Source: Octopus sinensis
Taxonomy: Eukaryota
NCBI RefSeq assembly: GCF_006345805.1
Contig: NC_042999.1
Location: 24,800,001 to 24,864,000, forward strand
Direction of reading: 5' to 3'
Length of the DNA: 64,000 bases
Positions 37,701 to 51,814 of the stretch are shown in pieces; within the stretch, counting starts at the first letter, position 1, and each line of letters opens with the position of its first letter. Made by a program: the position numbers and the translations under genes. The notes under the pieces are model-generated. The model worked only from the letters and a program-made list of their open reading frames with translations. It was not told the origin of the DNA and did not search any database.

Positions 37701-38404
37701 CGGTGGCGGTGGTGTTGGTGTTGGTGCTGGTGGTGGGAGTAGTGATGGTAATGATAGTAGTAATGAGAGCAGTTGTAGAAGTAGTAATAGTTGTGGTGGT
37801 AGTAGAGTGGCAGTGGTGCTGGTACTGTTGGTGATGGTTGTGGTGGTGGTGGTAGTGGTGCTGGTGCTGGTCTGCTCAAACAAATCCATGATCACATGAT
37901 TGTGAGTTCAAGATCTTAAACACTAGGCTTGTGGCCTTGTGATTAGGGTATAGTAAGAAGTTTGCTTCCAAACCACAAGGTCCCAGGTTCAGTCTTATTG
38001 TGTAGCACTTTTGGCAAATGGCTTCTACTATAGACCTAGGCCAATCAATGTTTGTAAATGGATTTGATAGACAGAAACTGAAAGAAGCCCATAGTGTGTG
38101 TGTGTGTGTTTGCTTTTGTATTTCTGTTTGTCCCCTGCTGCTTGACAATCAATGTTGATTTGTTTACATTCCTGTAACTTAGTGGTTTAGCAAAAAAAGA
38201 CTGATAGAATAAGTACCAGGCTTTTAAAAAAATAAGCCCTGGTGTCAATTTGCTTGACTAAACACCTTCAAGGTGGTGAGCCGGCATGGACGCTGTCCAA
38301 TGACTGACACATATAAAAAATAAAAGATAGATTGATTACCTGTCATTTTATGAATTTTAAATTAAAACAAACTTTGCACAAACTGAATTTACTTATTTAT
38401 AAAG

Positions 38405-38831
38405 TCATCAACATCAATTGAATTTGTAGCTGTGATACCAGTGCTGGTGGCATGTAAGAGAACCATTCGATCGTGGCCGTTGCCAGCCTCGTCTGGCCTC
38501 TGTGCCGGTGGCACGTAAAAAGCACCATCCGATCATGGCCGTTTGCCAGCCTCATCTGGCACCTATACTGGTGGCACGTAAAAAGCACCATCCGATCATG
38601 GCCGTTTGCCAGCCTCATCTGGCACCTATACTGGTGGCACGTAAAAAGCACCCACTACACTCATGGAGTGGTTGGCGTTAGGAAGGGCATCCAGCTGTAG
38701 AAACACTGCCAGATCAGACTGGGCCTGGTGCAGCCTTCTGGCTTCCCAGACCCCAGTTGAACCGTCCAACCCATGCTAGCATGGAAAGCGGACGTTAAAC
38801 GATGATGATGATGATGATGATGAAGATGATG
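38405..38831 (+). mobile_element. RTE-LINE 3' UTR fragment with two exact 63-bp repeats
   Basis: Units start at 38510 and 38573; ends GGACGTTAAAC(GAT)n. Confidence 0.8.
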
Positions 38832-38941
38832 ATTAAAGTTTTTTTCTTTTTGTTACAAAACAATAAAGTAAATCATTGTATTATATACTCACATAATAAC
38901 ATATGCATACAGATATTTTTCCATACGTTTCTCTATTTCAG

Positions 38942-39191
38942 GCACCCCTGGACAAAACACGTTTAGTTTTCCCACCCGTCCCAGCATCAGTATTTGCTTT
39001 CTGTATATATAACATGTTGCTACTGATCTACCCCGTGGCTGTGGCGCAGTCCTTGTTTTCTGGCACTGTGATGGGCTATTTGATCTATGATTTGATCCAC
39101 TACTACCTACACCATGGTTCTCCAGTCGGGGCTTACTTCAAAGAACTCAAGCATTATCATATGTTGCATCATTATGTACACCAACACAATG
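38942..39191 (+). CDS. FA2H: Fatty acid 2-hydroxylase, penultimate coding exon
   Basis: Acceptor TTTCAG, donor GTAAGT; APLDKTRLVFPPVPAS...GYLIYDLIHYYLHHGSP...LKHYHMLHHYVH (His boxes 3-4); 250 nt, phase 0 to 1. Confidence 0.96.
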
Positions 39192-39394
39192 GTAAGTCAT
39201 AAGTTAAATCTCTCCTATGACTGGTCATTTTCATTATCACATATTATAGTATCATTGTCATATATTAAGTATTAACATTATCATTATATGTTACATTTCA
39301 TTATCATTTCATTATCATGTGTTATATATTAGCATTGTTGTATGTTACATATTAACATTATCAAAAATTGCCTACAATTATCATATGTTACATA

Positions 39395-40186
39395 TCATCA
39401 TCATCATCATCATTTAACGTCTGTTTTCCATGCTAGCATGGGTTGGACAACTTGACTGAGGTCTGGCGAACCAGACACCAATCTGATCTGGCAGAGTTTC
39501 TACAGCTGGATGCCTTCCTAACACCAACCACTCTGAGAGTGTAGTGGGTGCTTTTATGTGCCACTGGCACGAGGGCCAGTTTGGTGGTACTGGCAACGGC
39601 CACGCCCAAATGGTGCTTTTTATGTGCCACCTGCACAGGGGCCAGTCCAGCGGCACTGGCGACGTCCTCGCTCGAATGTTTCACATGCCATCAGCACAAG
39701 TGCTGGTAAGGCGACTCGGTAACGATCACACTTGAATGGTGTGCTTAACGTGCCACTTGCACAAAGGCCAGTTTGTTGCTCAGGCAACGATCTCACTTGT
39801 ATGGTACTCTTAGCGCTCCACTAGCAACGGATGCCAGTCACCGAATTTGATTTCGACTTCGACTTCACTTGCCTCAACTGGTCTTCGCAAGCAGAGTTTA
39901 GTGTCCAATGAAGAAAAGGCACGCACAAGTGGACTGGTTACACCCCTAGCATAGGCCACAAGGTTATGGTCACACTTGCACTTGTTGAGTCTTCTGCAGC
40001 ACAGCATATTTCCAGAGGTCCCGGTCACTAGTCATTGCCTCAGTGAGGCCCAATGTTTGAAGGTTATGCTTCACCACCTCATCCCAGGTCTTCCTGGGTC
40101 TACCTCTTCCACAGGTTCCCTCAACTACTAGGGTGTGGCACTTTTTCACACAGCTATCGACATCCATTCTCGCCACATGACTATAC
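39395..40186 (-). mobile_element. RTE-clade LINE 3' end
   Basis: HVARMDVDSCVKKCHTLVVEGTCGRGRPRKTWDEVVKH...DRDLWK, then minisatellite 3' UTR and (GAT)n tail. Confidence 0.85.
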
Positions 40187-41024
40187 CTATGTGTAAGGCA
40201 GTGAGTTGGCAGAACCATAAGCATGCTGGGCAAAATGCTTTGTAGCATTTCATCCATCTTTATGTGCTGAGTTCAACTCTGCCTTTCATCTTTTTGGGGC
40301 TGTATAAGTACCAGTTGAGTACTGAGGGTGATGTAATCAAATTATCCCCTTCTCCAAAATTACAGACCTTGTGCTAAATTTGAAACCCTTATTATATAAT
40401 TATGTACACTAATACAATGATGATAAGTAAAATCTTTTCTATCATTTCAAATTCTAATTCATTTTAATCTATATATTTTAAGTGTTTAACCATACCTTTT
40501 TCTCAAAATTGGTGGCTGTTGCTGTATTTATTTAACCTCAGGTCACTCTTAACTGATCAGGCCACTGATGAAAGATAGGGCATTTATTGTTGTCTATCTA
40601 ATATTTTTTTATATTTCATAAGCAAATTTTGTCTTCTTGTCTTTATGATGGAATAAGAGTGAACTGGAGATTTAGCTGCTATTTCTAGGTTCTTCTTTCT
40701 CCTTCATCCCCTACATTTTTCTTGCAAACATCAACTTATTGGTGTTGAACATCAAGGACATCTGTCATAACAGTCTTGGTGGACTGGCAAAAATCATGAA
40801 TTCTGGCCCTTTTCACCATTTCCCCTTTTCTCTTGTATAAAAATTATAACTTTATTACTCATAAAATTACATTTTATAACCATTTTCCCCTCTTTTCCCT
40901 TGAGCAATATCAGAAAGCATTTTATCTTAGAATTCTTAGAAATCATTAATTTTTCTAATTTTTGATTCGCTTCAATTCATTGATTCAATTCTTTGAGTAT
41001 CCTTTAATCTTTCTCTATTTTCAG

Positions 41025-41095
41025 GTTTTGGTATTTCCAGTAAATTTTGGGATTATCCATTTGGTACCCTGATCTCTACAAAGGATAACCAATAA
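41025..41095 (+). CDS. FA2H: Fatty acid 2-hydroxylase, last coding exon
   Basis: Acceptor TTTTCAG; GFGISSKFWDYPFGTLISTKDNQ* matches the FA2H C-terminal GFG(I/V)SS.xWD..FGT motif; stop TAA 41093-41095. Too short for the ORF track. Confidence 0.93.
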
Positions 41096-41920
41096 ACCAT
41101 TTAGCAGTAATAAAATATCAAACTATTTAATTAGTAATATAAAATTGATAGCGTTACAGAATAAATTACAAGCAAATATAAATATATTGGCAAGCAGTAA
41201 GATCTGATGAAAGTAGTGAAGATCTCTGCATTGTCAAAAGTTATTGAGTATAAATAGTTTAAAAGTGGAATGTAATGGTTTGCTGAGGAGAATGAAAATT
41301 AAAACATTGTCAATAGAAGTCCTCACTGGACAAATCTTGGATGAAAAATCCCGCCCAAAACATTAAACTTCTTTTCTTAGTAGGAAACCAATTTATTCAG
41401 CTTACAAATATTTTAGTAGTAGGCGGTATTTGCAGAATGAATAGTGAAAAAAAAAAATAGATAAAAGATTTACTGTAAATCAATAATTTTGATATATATT
41501 TGTTTAAAGAAGAAATAGAAATGTAACCAATTAGAGTTTGTTATATTGATAATTTATTAGATATCATTATATAAATGATTTTATTCGAAATTATACTAAC
41601 AATATAGTAGAAATCATTATACTAACAATGTTAGATGTGTTGATGTATTCTGACAAAAATGACTGAATGATGAATCATGACTTCCAATGTCATATTGGTC
41701 AGAATGGGAATGTGTTCAATAGTAGTAGAAAGAATAAACAAGAAATATGATCTACAAAAAATTGTTATTTTTTTAATGTAAACAATATTAGACATTAAAA
41801 AACAAATTTGATACAGAGAAACAGGTTTATTGACAGGGTTTTTAATATGTATCTATAACTTATCAGGAAACCATGTTGCCATTTATGCCACAATGATCTT
41901 ATTCCTTCCATCTCAATAAA
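41096..41920 (+). other. Probable FA2H 3' UTR with candidate poly(A) signals
   Basis: Repeat-free AT-rich stretch; AATAAA at 41091, 41160, 41733 and 41915. True end unknown. Confidence 0.4.
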
Positions 41921-42109
41921 CCACTTAAATCTATTTTTTCTTCTAAATTTATTACCATTAATTAATTTATTGTGTTTTTTAACTGTGCTGATTTATCTCC
42001 ATATGATAATAGGTCAGTTAATCTACATATCAGACCAGATTAATCCTGCCTGCCTTCTTACCTGTATGTGTACCTGTATGCATGTACATATATGCTGATG
42101 TCCTTGTTC

Positions 42110-43330
42110 TTATTGCTGAATCACTACCAGAGCTAGAGAAGAAATTTCAGATGTGGAAGTAAGGTCTGGAATCAAAGGGCCTTACAGTTAATTTAGCAAA
42201 GACTGAAGTCCTAACAAATAGGGAAACAGACAAATCACTGATCCTTTCAGGGAGATGACCCTGCTCAATATGTAAAAAAAGGTGTTGGTAGAAACTCCAG
42301 ATAGTGTACCCAGTGCAAGCTAAGGAGACATAATATGTGCAGCAAGGTTAACACAGAAAGTAGTCGTTGTGTGTGGCTGATGTGCAGGTACATTAAACAT
42401 TGGGAATGTACAGAAAATAGACTTCCTCAAATATCTGGAGGGATTCTTAGAAGTAGTAGACAGTCTCTGTTACTTAGATGACCAAGCTAGCAGTGTAGGA
42501 GGTTCTGAAAACATAGCTACTAGAATGTAAATGGGCTGGGCAAAGTTCAAAGAATTACTACTGCTATTAGTAACAAAGAGCCTGTCCCTCAGAATGAAAG
42601 GCAGATTGCATGATGCCTGTATACAAATAGCTATGCTACATGGTAGTGAGACATGGGCTGTGACTACTGAGGACATGCAAAGGCTTGAAAGAAATGAAGC
42701 CAACATGCTCTGCTGGATGAGTAATGTTAGTGTGCATGTACCACAGATTCTAAGTGATTTGAGAGAAAAATTGAATACACAAGGCATCATATGTGGTGTG
42801 CAAGAGAAGACTGCATTGGTATGGTCATGTGATGTATATGGAGGAGGACAGCTGCATGGAGAAGTGCTGATCTCTTGTTGTGGAGGAAATCTGTGGAAAG
42901 AGTAGACCCAGGAAGAGATGGGAAGAAGTGGTGAGAAAGGATCTTGAGATGTTGGGCCTCACAGAGGAAATGACAAGGGAACAAAACTTCTAGTGGTTTG
43001 CTGTGCTTGAGAAGACACATCAAGTCAAGTAAAATGCATACAGACATGTTCTCTATATCCCTCTCTCAGCTGAGAGATCCTAAGAATCATGCCAGTGTCA
43101 CATAAAAATATCCATGCTGATGCCATGTAAAAGTGCCTGTGCTGGTGGCATGTAAGAGCACCCAGTACACACTGTAAAAGGGTTAGTGTTAGGAAGGGCA
43201 TCCAGTCATAGAAACCATACCAAAACAGACAAATGGAGCACAGGAAGGTCTCAAGCTGGCCAACACATTAAAAAACCGTCCAACTCATGCCAGCATGAAC
43301 AGATATTAAATGATGATGATGATGATAATT
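42110..43330 (+). mobile_element. RTE-clade LINE, decayed RT C-terminus and 3' UTR
   Basis: GLESKGLTVNLAKTEVL, Cys-rich insert, GWAKFKELL...KGRLHDACIQIAMLHGSETW, (GAT)n tail. Confidence 0.85.
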
Positions 43331-43607
43331 GCGATGATGATGATGCTATATATATATATATATATATATTCTCTAACATAGTAAAGTGTCCCACCTCAGT
43401 CCAGCATGTGGTACTATTTTATTAATCTCTATTTGTTGAACAGCCAGATGATTGGACACAAAGCAAAAGAACATGAACATAGACTAACATGCATACACAC
43501 ACACATACATTTCTGTGTATGCATACGTACATATATGTGTGTGTGCATATGAATATGTGTATGTGTAGTATATGTGTATGTGTGTGTATATATATATATA
43601 TATATAT

Positions 43608-43916
43608 CACGTGATCACGTGACCGACCAGGTTATCAGATGTTGCTACACATCGCTGGTCACAATGCGCTTCGCATTGTTTTAGTCTTGAAATGACGCCA
43701 CCCTGCTGGCTAAGTGAGCAGGCCAACAGAAGAAAGAGTGAGAGAAAGTTGCAGCAAAAGAGTACAGCAGGGATCGCCACCAACCCCCTGCTGGAGCCTC
43801 GTGGAGCTTTTAGGTGTTTTCGCTCAATAAACACTCACAACGCCTGGTCCGGGAATCGAAACCGCGATCTTACGAGCGCGAGTCCACTGCCCTAACAACT
43901 GGCCATTGCGCCTCCA
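43608..43916 (-). mobile_element. tRNA-derived SINE with S4-related head and different tail, in (TA)n
   Basis: On the - strand: GGAGGCGCAATGGCC...GGTTTCGATTCCC...GAGCGAAAACACCTAA block shared with S4. Confidence 0.7.
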
Positions 43917-44499
43917 TATATATATATATATATATATGACAACATGCACAAGAAAAGAGAAAATCGCATCTTTAATTGATAATTACACCATACATTACTA
44001 ACAAGCCAACATATTTAGATATGATAGAAAAAGGAACAAAATACTAGTTGAATAGGAAAATTTTACTTTATGGCAATTAAATAATTTCCCATAGTTACTT
44101 GAAGGTGGGAAATACTTATCCTGTGCAGCAAAGAATTTTTGAGGAATATTGGTAGTTATATAAGATGTAAATGGTTAATTATGCCAGATAATATTCTTTG
44201 ATTTAGCCATTCTGTTATTTACATAGATTTTTTCAACCACTAGAAATTAAAAGAAAATTAGAGAGTATCTCAACACAAAATTAGTTAACACAAGTAGAAC
44301 CAGTAAGGACAACTGTGAAATAAACTCTAATGATACTTTTCCTGAACTAGTTTTTGATACTTTTGATAAAAGTAATTCCAACAGTGAAATTGATAGTACC
44401 TTTAAGATAACAACTGGTTATGATATTGATTATAATACTGCTAATAATCCAAGTTGAACACCTAATTATGAGAGTAGAATTAGTATTTATTCCTCTAAC

Positions 44500-44900
44500 T
44501 ATGATTGCTTCATACTAGTGCAGAAACAAAATTATGCGCCCTTTAGGAAATCAGTGTTTAAGGAAGAATATAGTATATCAATGTAAGATAATTACAGAGC
44601 ATCATATGTATTATTACATAGGTTCTTCTGCTACAATTTGGAAATCTAGTTTATACAACCATTCTTCATTTAAGTTTTGAAGAAAATGTAATTCTATGAA
44701 TCTTAGTAAATGCATTTGGAATTTGAAAGACAAAAACATTAAATACAATATAAAGTGGTCGATTATTAGTTATGCTCCATCTTACAATACTGGTAATCTT
44801 AAATGTGGTCTTTGCCTGGAGGAAACTTATAATTACTTCAAAATTAAAATTTTATGTTGAAATGTTCCCATAAATATAGAAAAGCATTTAAAATTTTCAA
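44500..44900 (+). mobile_element. Penelope-like element GIY-YIG remnant (second type)
   Basis: CRNK..RPLGNQCLRKNIVYQCKI...YYIGSS..IWKSSLYNH; after a frameshift, LSKCIWNLKDKNIKYNIKWSII...CGLCLEE. Confidence 0.75.
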
Positions 44901-45674
44901 TAGTAAATAATGCCTTAATTACAATTGCTTTTCCTATAATCTAATAAGCATATTTTTCTAAACTTTTTAGTATAAATAAACAACTCAATAAGTAAATGTC
45001 ATGATGTAGAATTTCTATGTTTATTTTTTGTTCTTTTGTTATTTTCTGCTGTCATTGTGAGTTTAAATACTAAACTGACTTTTTATGTGGTACCAACACC
45101 AGTGATGTCACCTAGTACCTCAAGATAAGATAATTCAACTGAGCAGAGTACAGACTAGAGAAAAAAAAACTATGACAGAGGGAGAGGAGTCTTGCTGAAG
45201 AGGTGAATACATGGCTTGGCCACCTGAAAAGAGAGAGGGAGAAAAGAAAGAGAGGTGAAGTTTTCACCAAATCCACTAACAACGGTTTGGTTGACCCAGG
45301 GCTTTGGTAGAAGAATAGTATTCAAGGTGCTGTACAGTAGGACTGAACTCAAAGCCATGTGGTTGAGAAGCACTTTTAACCACTCAGCCATGACTTCCAC
45401 TGTCATTTTACACCAGTATGGCTCTCACAAGATGTTTCAATAAGACAATCTACCACCCTTAAGTACCAGTGGTTGTCTTGACTCCAACAGTTTCAATGTT
45501 AAAACTGTTATGAGATTATATCCATATTATTTCTTCGATATAACATTCTTTGACATAATGAAAAATTGGTCTGCAAATATCAGCACTACAACTTCAAGTT
45601 TCTTCATTGAATTTTTTCCATATAACATTTAAAAAAATTTCTATGAATATTACAGTTATTGTTGAACATTTAAT

Positions 45675-46114
45675 GGATCTTTTCGGTTTGAACGGCAGTT
45701 TTTAACATAATTTCTAGGTAACTAAAACATGTTAAACGTCGTATACTGGTAGAATGTGTTTATAAAACATCTTTATCTCTTGGCTTTATTGAGAAAATTC
45801 TATAGTTTGTAGGATATTTGTTGTTTTTTTTTCTTCAATTTCTGCAATTTCAACCAATCAGTGATGTGTATTGAGGTTATAGACATTCTGTGCCGTATGA
45901 ATATGTCCCTCGTTTAAGAAACAGATTGGGTTTATTTACATTTGTGAAGAAGAAAAGATACCCTTCCCCCCACCCCTAACCCAAACCATAACCCTAACTA
46001 ACCCTAACCCTAAAATTGATTGAAATGCAATAGATCGATACAAGGGTCATAATTATGGGTGACAATTTCATATGACACTGCTAGAAAAAACTGCCATTCA
46101 AACCGAAAAGATCC
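45675..46114. mobile_element. GGATC-TIR MITE
   Basis: 8-bp TSD CATTTAAT; (CCCTAA)-like tract. Confidence 0.88.
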
Positions 46115-46554
46115 CATTTAATTTCTATGAATATTTCAACTGTGGAAGAACTTAACCTTTCAGAATTTGATCAAATATCATACCAGTTATGTATTGGGTT
46201 TATGGTAATGGGCTGTAAATTCTTTCCAAATTTGAAGCATGTATTTATATAAAAAAGAAATCTATATTAAAGATACAAGGAGAAAGATGTGATTAGCAGA
46301 ATTGGCAGGGCATTATTTTGTAATATGAAGTTATGTGCCTTTATTTTCAAGCTTCAAAATCCTTTCAATGTCAACTTTAATTGTCAACTTTAAGGAATCA
46401 ATGAAATAAAAAAAAATAATCAAGTGCTAGAGTTCTAATGATCAACTATTCCATACCTCCACCACCATCATCACTGCCAAATGTGTGACCATGTTCATAT
46501 TTTAGACTTCATTATAACACTCTCTGACTTTCTGATAAAGTAGCATTCAAACTC

Positions 46555-47037
46555 TTTTCACGGTTCAACTATCGCAGATTCACAACATTGCGGATTTTAA
46601 AAACATATATATATGAACGCCTAAAATTTTTCATTAAATCCATTAAAATATTAATAATAAATATTATTTCCTAGTCTCGGAACAACAAAACAAGCGTAAA
46701 ATAGCAAAAAAGCCTATACAAGAGTATTTGAACTTAAGACGGGCTGTGATTGGTGCAATGGAAAGAAACGACAAATCTCAGCTTTCTATTTTGTAATCTG
46801 GCCTGTATAACAGTAACAATCTTTATTTATTAAAATCTAAAGTGTTATTGCTTAACAGTTGTCCTTGTTATTAATAGACTACTGTAATGGGTGGGTTGTT
46901 AACAGTACAGGGAGGGTTTTTAAAAGTCCAAATACACGTTAAATGAATATTGTAAATATGATGTCCCTACTTTGTGGAAATTCAGTTATCGCAGCCAGTC
47001 TCGGAACCAATCTACTGCGATAAACGAGGGATCACTG
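46555..47037. mobile_element. Tigger/pogo-like non-autonomous element, one end intact
   Basis: Right end ...GCGATAAACGAGGGATCACTG|TA; left TIR not found. Confidence 0.55.
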
Positions 47038-47369
47038 TATTCTTTAGATCTGAAGTCGCATAAACATGCACACACACACAGACAGACAGACAGACAGAGG
47101 TGTAAATATATAACAGTTTGACTCAGCTCCATAAGACCAAAATTTCGTGGGTTTGGAAGACAAACCCGTCTCTTTAGATATCTAAAGAAGAATAATTGGA
47201 CTTGAGACAAAACCATCTTGAATCATATCAAGCTCCATTACTCTTTAAATATTTGATGAGATGGGTTTGTCCTACATGACCATGGAACTGTGAGTCATAC
47301 AAAGCTGAGTCAAACTGTTAATAGATAATATACGTAACTCCTAACAAATATGCTGAATGTCATTTTCTT

Positions 47370-48238
47370 TTGTATGCCCACTTGTGCCCTCATGCAGAAA
47401 CCGCAGAAGCTAATCAGAGGGTTGCAAGCTCTTCTAAACCCATTGCAAGGCTGAAGACCTTACAGTATCATCAGCCGGTATTTCAGGGTCACAAGTATTT
47501 CACTCCTTAGTTTGTTCACTTCAACTGAGTAGGATAGTAAGGACTGAACTAGTCTTTGTCTATGGAAGGTTTCCACTTGCAACTGTGGTTAAGAAACTTG
47601 CAGCCTCTTATCAACCATAACCACCTTCAGCTAGTTTCAGCTGCCATGCCTATCGCCTCAATGGATTTCTTCACTTGTATAGGTTCCAAATCTGTCTTCT
47701 ACAAGAAAAAATGTACTGATCCAGCTAGAAAACTGCACCAGCGAAATTCAATGGTGAATAAGGCCACATGCCATCCCTTGACAAAGGCCTTATCAAATTA
47801 GTCCTGATATTTTGTTTCCTTTACCTGGTGGGAAGTATCAAGTTTGATACTTATGAGAGCTCAAAATCTCTTGTGGAAGCGTCATCCAACCAAAATGCAA
47901 ATATATGGGAAACTACCACCTGTGTCATCTCTTGTGAAAGGTAGGAGAGTCCAGTTTGCTAGACATTGTTGTAGAGCTGAAAACGAGGCAATTTCTACTC
48001 TTCTCCTCTGGAAGCCATCTACTCACACTACCAGAGGGCGTACACTCTCCTACCCTGATGTAATCTCCAGGGATACAGGCATCCAGCAACAGGACCTCCG
48101 TAATGCCATGATGGACCGTGAAGTCTGGCGTAGCATGGTAAATTCCATTGTCTCGACCACGGTCAAACAATGATGATGATCAAGTTTGTCTTCTCAGGGC
48201 ACTGTGAGTTGAACTACAATGATTGGTTTTGTATTCCT
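47370..48238 (-). mobile_element. HERO-like non-LTR retrotransposon 3' end (REL endonuclease), interrupted by an RTE insertion
   Basis: With 47847-48188 removed, the - strand reads KPIIVVQLTVP*EDKLDTSHQVKETKYQD*...GWHVALFTIEFRWCSF...AAETS*RWLWLIR. Confidence 0.7.
47847..48178 (+). mobile_element. 5'-truncated RTE/RTEX-type LINE
   Basis: Open frame ...GRRVQFARHCCR...LLLWKP..RGR...DREVWR; (TGA)n tail; 10-bp TSD ATCAAGTTTG (47837-46 and 48179-88). Confidence 0.85.
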
Positions 48239-50684
48239 GGAGAGAGGGAATGTGTGTATATATATATATATATACATACGTGTGTGTGTGTGTGTGTATC
48301 AGCAGTGTGTATTCATAGAAAAATTTTAACTAGAGTAACCATTAGATGATAAGTTTAGTGAAAACATCTGATACTACAGACAGTAATCCTACCTTATGTA
48401 TTTTTTAATGAAATGAAATTCAAATTGAAATTAATACTATTGTCAGTATTATTACAGTTTTTAGTAAAGTTAAATTTTAATCAATATTGATATTATTCTT
48501 TGTATTATTGTCCATTCAGAACAGGTTTGAGATTCTGAAAAATTCTTTTCTGTTACTCTTCTTTTTTCACTTAAGTTAGGTTTATGAAGTTTCTAATATG
48601 AAGATGTTAAGAACATTTTATCATTGAATGTTCCTAAGGTGGCGAGCTGGCAGAATCATCAGCATGCTGGGTAAAATGCTTAGTGGTACTTTGTCTGGGC
48701 GAGCTGGCAGAAACGTTAGCACCTCGGACGAATTGCATAGCTGTATTTCCTCTGCCGTTATGTTCCGAGTTCAAATTCCGCCGAGGTCGACTTTGCCTTT
48801 CATCCTTTCGGGGTCGATTAATTAAGTACCAGTTACGCACTGGGGTCGATGTAATCAACTTAATACCTATGTCTGTCCTTGTTTGTCCCCTCTGTGTTTA
48901 GCCCCTTGTGGGTAATAAAGAAATAGGTATTTTGTCTGTCTTTACATTCTGAGTTCAAATTCTGCTGAGGTTGACTTTGCCTTTCATCCTTTCAAGGTCG
49001 ATAAATTAAGTACCAGTTGTGTACTGAGGTCGATCTAATCGACTGACCCCCCCCCAAAAAAAAAAATTTCAGGCCTTGTGTCTATAGTAGAAAGGATTAT
49101 TGCATGGTTCTAAATGATTGCATTCTGATGGACATTAGTTTCTCTAAATTACTGCTAGTGTATTTGCATGCATTCTGATCAGGAGTTTCTTGTTTGTTCG
49201 ATATCTATTTATCAGAATTTGGGCATTTGTTGCAGTAAATCAGATTTCTGCTTTAACAGTTCGTATATGCATTTACTCTTTACTCTTTTACTCTTTTACT
49301 TGTTTCAGTCATTTTGACTGCAGCCATGCTGGAGCACCGCTTTTAGTTGAGCAAATCGACCCCGGGACTTATTCTTTGTAAGCCCAGTACTTATTCTATC
49401 GGTCTCTTTTGCCGAACCGCTAAGTGACAGGGACGTAAACACACCAGCATCGGTTGTCAAGCAATGCTAGGGGGACAAACACAGACACACACACACATAT
49501 ATATATATACATATATACGACAGGCTTCTTTCAGTTTCCATCTACCAAATCCACTCACAAGGCATTGGTCGGCCCGGGGCTATAGCAGAAGACACTTACC
49601 CAAGATGCCACGCAGTGGGACTGAACCCAGAACCATGTGGTTGGTAAGCAAGCTACTTACCACACAGCCACTCCTGCGAAGTATTTTATGGTTTTTGTGT
49701 CAATATATTGATTGGTATGTACCATGATGATTGGCATTGCATTTGAATATCATGAATGTTTTATCATTGATTTCATCTGTATCTTTAACTTTGTCAATAT
49801 TCGATTCAAGTTTCTCAGTAACACTTTCATTTTGAGCAAAAGTTTGATCAGTAATTAAATCTTTTAATCCGTCTGGTCTTGTATTTCTCTTTCTTGGGTT
49901 GCTCTAAGTTGTTCCATGGGTATTTGTTTTGCATATTGTGTAGCATAAGTTGGGTTGGATATTTTTTTTATTTAAGTTGAAATCTCTTGAAATCTTTGAG
50001 TTGTTTGTCTCTGATATCCACAGCACAAAAACCAGGGGATATTTCCAAATGCAAGTATGAACTGTAAAAGCACTAATGTCAAATGATCAAACAGTGAAGA
50101 AATATATATTGCCTAACCAGGAAACTCAGAATACATCAACAACAAATTAGGGACTCTAATGTCTGTAAGATCCATTAAGCAATCATTAAGCAATCATTTA
50201 GAAACATATGGCTATAATTTATTTTTTAAAATATTTACATTCTTCAAACTTTATGGCTCGGATGAAGTAAGAAAAAGAGTAAAAGAAAAGAAACTCATTC
50301 ATATTTAATGAAAATACTTATGGCAAAACTTGTTTTTTCCTCATCTCCTGATTTTACCTAAATCATCTATCGGTGACTGATTTGTTAAAATGGTTCTATA
50401 TTGTCAATTTCAACTATGTTACCACATTACTCAAACCATGGTATCTTAACCACGTGCTAGTTGGCTTAAATAGCTTTCATAAGCTTCAGCATGCTGGAGT
50501 TTATTGGAAGGTATTTAAAGGAAAAATTTAGCCATTTCATTACAGATATCAATTGTAAAATTCCTTAGCTATTTGTTTGTGCACCTACATAAACATTTAC
50601 CTGAAGATTATCATAAAACATGAAAGTACTTGTAAAATATTAAATATACAAAATTCAAAACATGAAATTGAACTATGTGATTGA

Positions 50685-50762
<78 letters not shown>

Positions 50763-51814
50763 ACCTATTGAGTCATGTACATCAAAACCAAATGGAAATT
50801 GTAGTTGTGATCCCCATGCTGCTGGCATGTAAAAAACACCATCCAAATGTGGCTGATGCCAGTGCTGCCTTGACTGACTTCCATGCCAGTGGCATGTAAA
50901 AAGCACCATCCAATTGTGGTTGATGCCTGGCCCCTGTGCTGGTGGCACATAAAAAAGAACCCACTACACTCACGGAGTGGTTGGTGTTAGGAAGGGCATC
51001 TGGCTGTAGAAACACTGCCAGATCAGACTGGAGCCTGGTGCAGCCTCCTGGCTTCCCAGACTCCAGTTGAACTGCCAGTGTGGAAAATGAATGTTAAAAT
51101 GAGGATGATGATATGTGCATGTGTATGTGGTAACCTTAGATTATTTTAGCTTGAGCTTAAGAATAACAACACTATGTTTACTGATGGGGTAACTTATTAT
51201 TGAAAATTGAGTCCAATTTCCTATAAAATTCATTTAGATTAAGACTAAGTTTCATCTGAGTTTATGCAAGTCAACTGCTTGTATTAACTGTAAAGCAAAA
51301 GTGAAAATACCACACAAAATGAATTCTATAATATGCAAGAGAGTATCCAAAAATAACCAGAAACCTTCTCTGTGGGACAAGCCCATTGTAGTTCGGGCTT
51401 CTACCACTAGAAGCCACTTGATGTGACCCTCAGGCATCAGTCTGCCAACAGGTAATGTACTGTCACGTGGTGTGTCAAACAGGCATGTCAATTAGAAAAC
51501 AGACAACAGTTCACGAATAACAATTAAATGAGTCAAACATAAGAAGCCTTCCACTCAGAAACATTTAAAAGAACTAGGCAATTAAATTTTGAACTATTCC
51601 AATTATACCAACACTGAGAAAAAAATTTATAAAGAAATAATTAAAAATGATTAACTGATAATTAATAATGATACCCATTTTTAATTTAAATATAAATATT
51701 TGTGGAAATATATTTTCGCCCTGTCACTTTTGATATTTAAAGTACATAATACTACAGTTCCTATTACCTAGTGTATATAAACAAAATTCACTTGTTAACT
51801 TGAATGTTTGTTAA

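Noticed and set aside
49740-50000. Faint Penelope-like peptide traces (also ~62040-62220)
   Set aside because: Too decayed to support a call without a database search.
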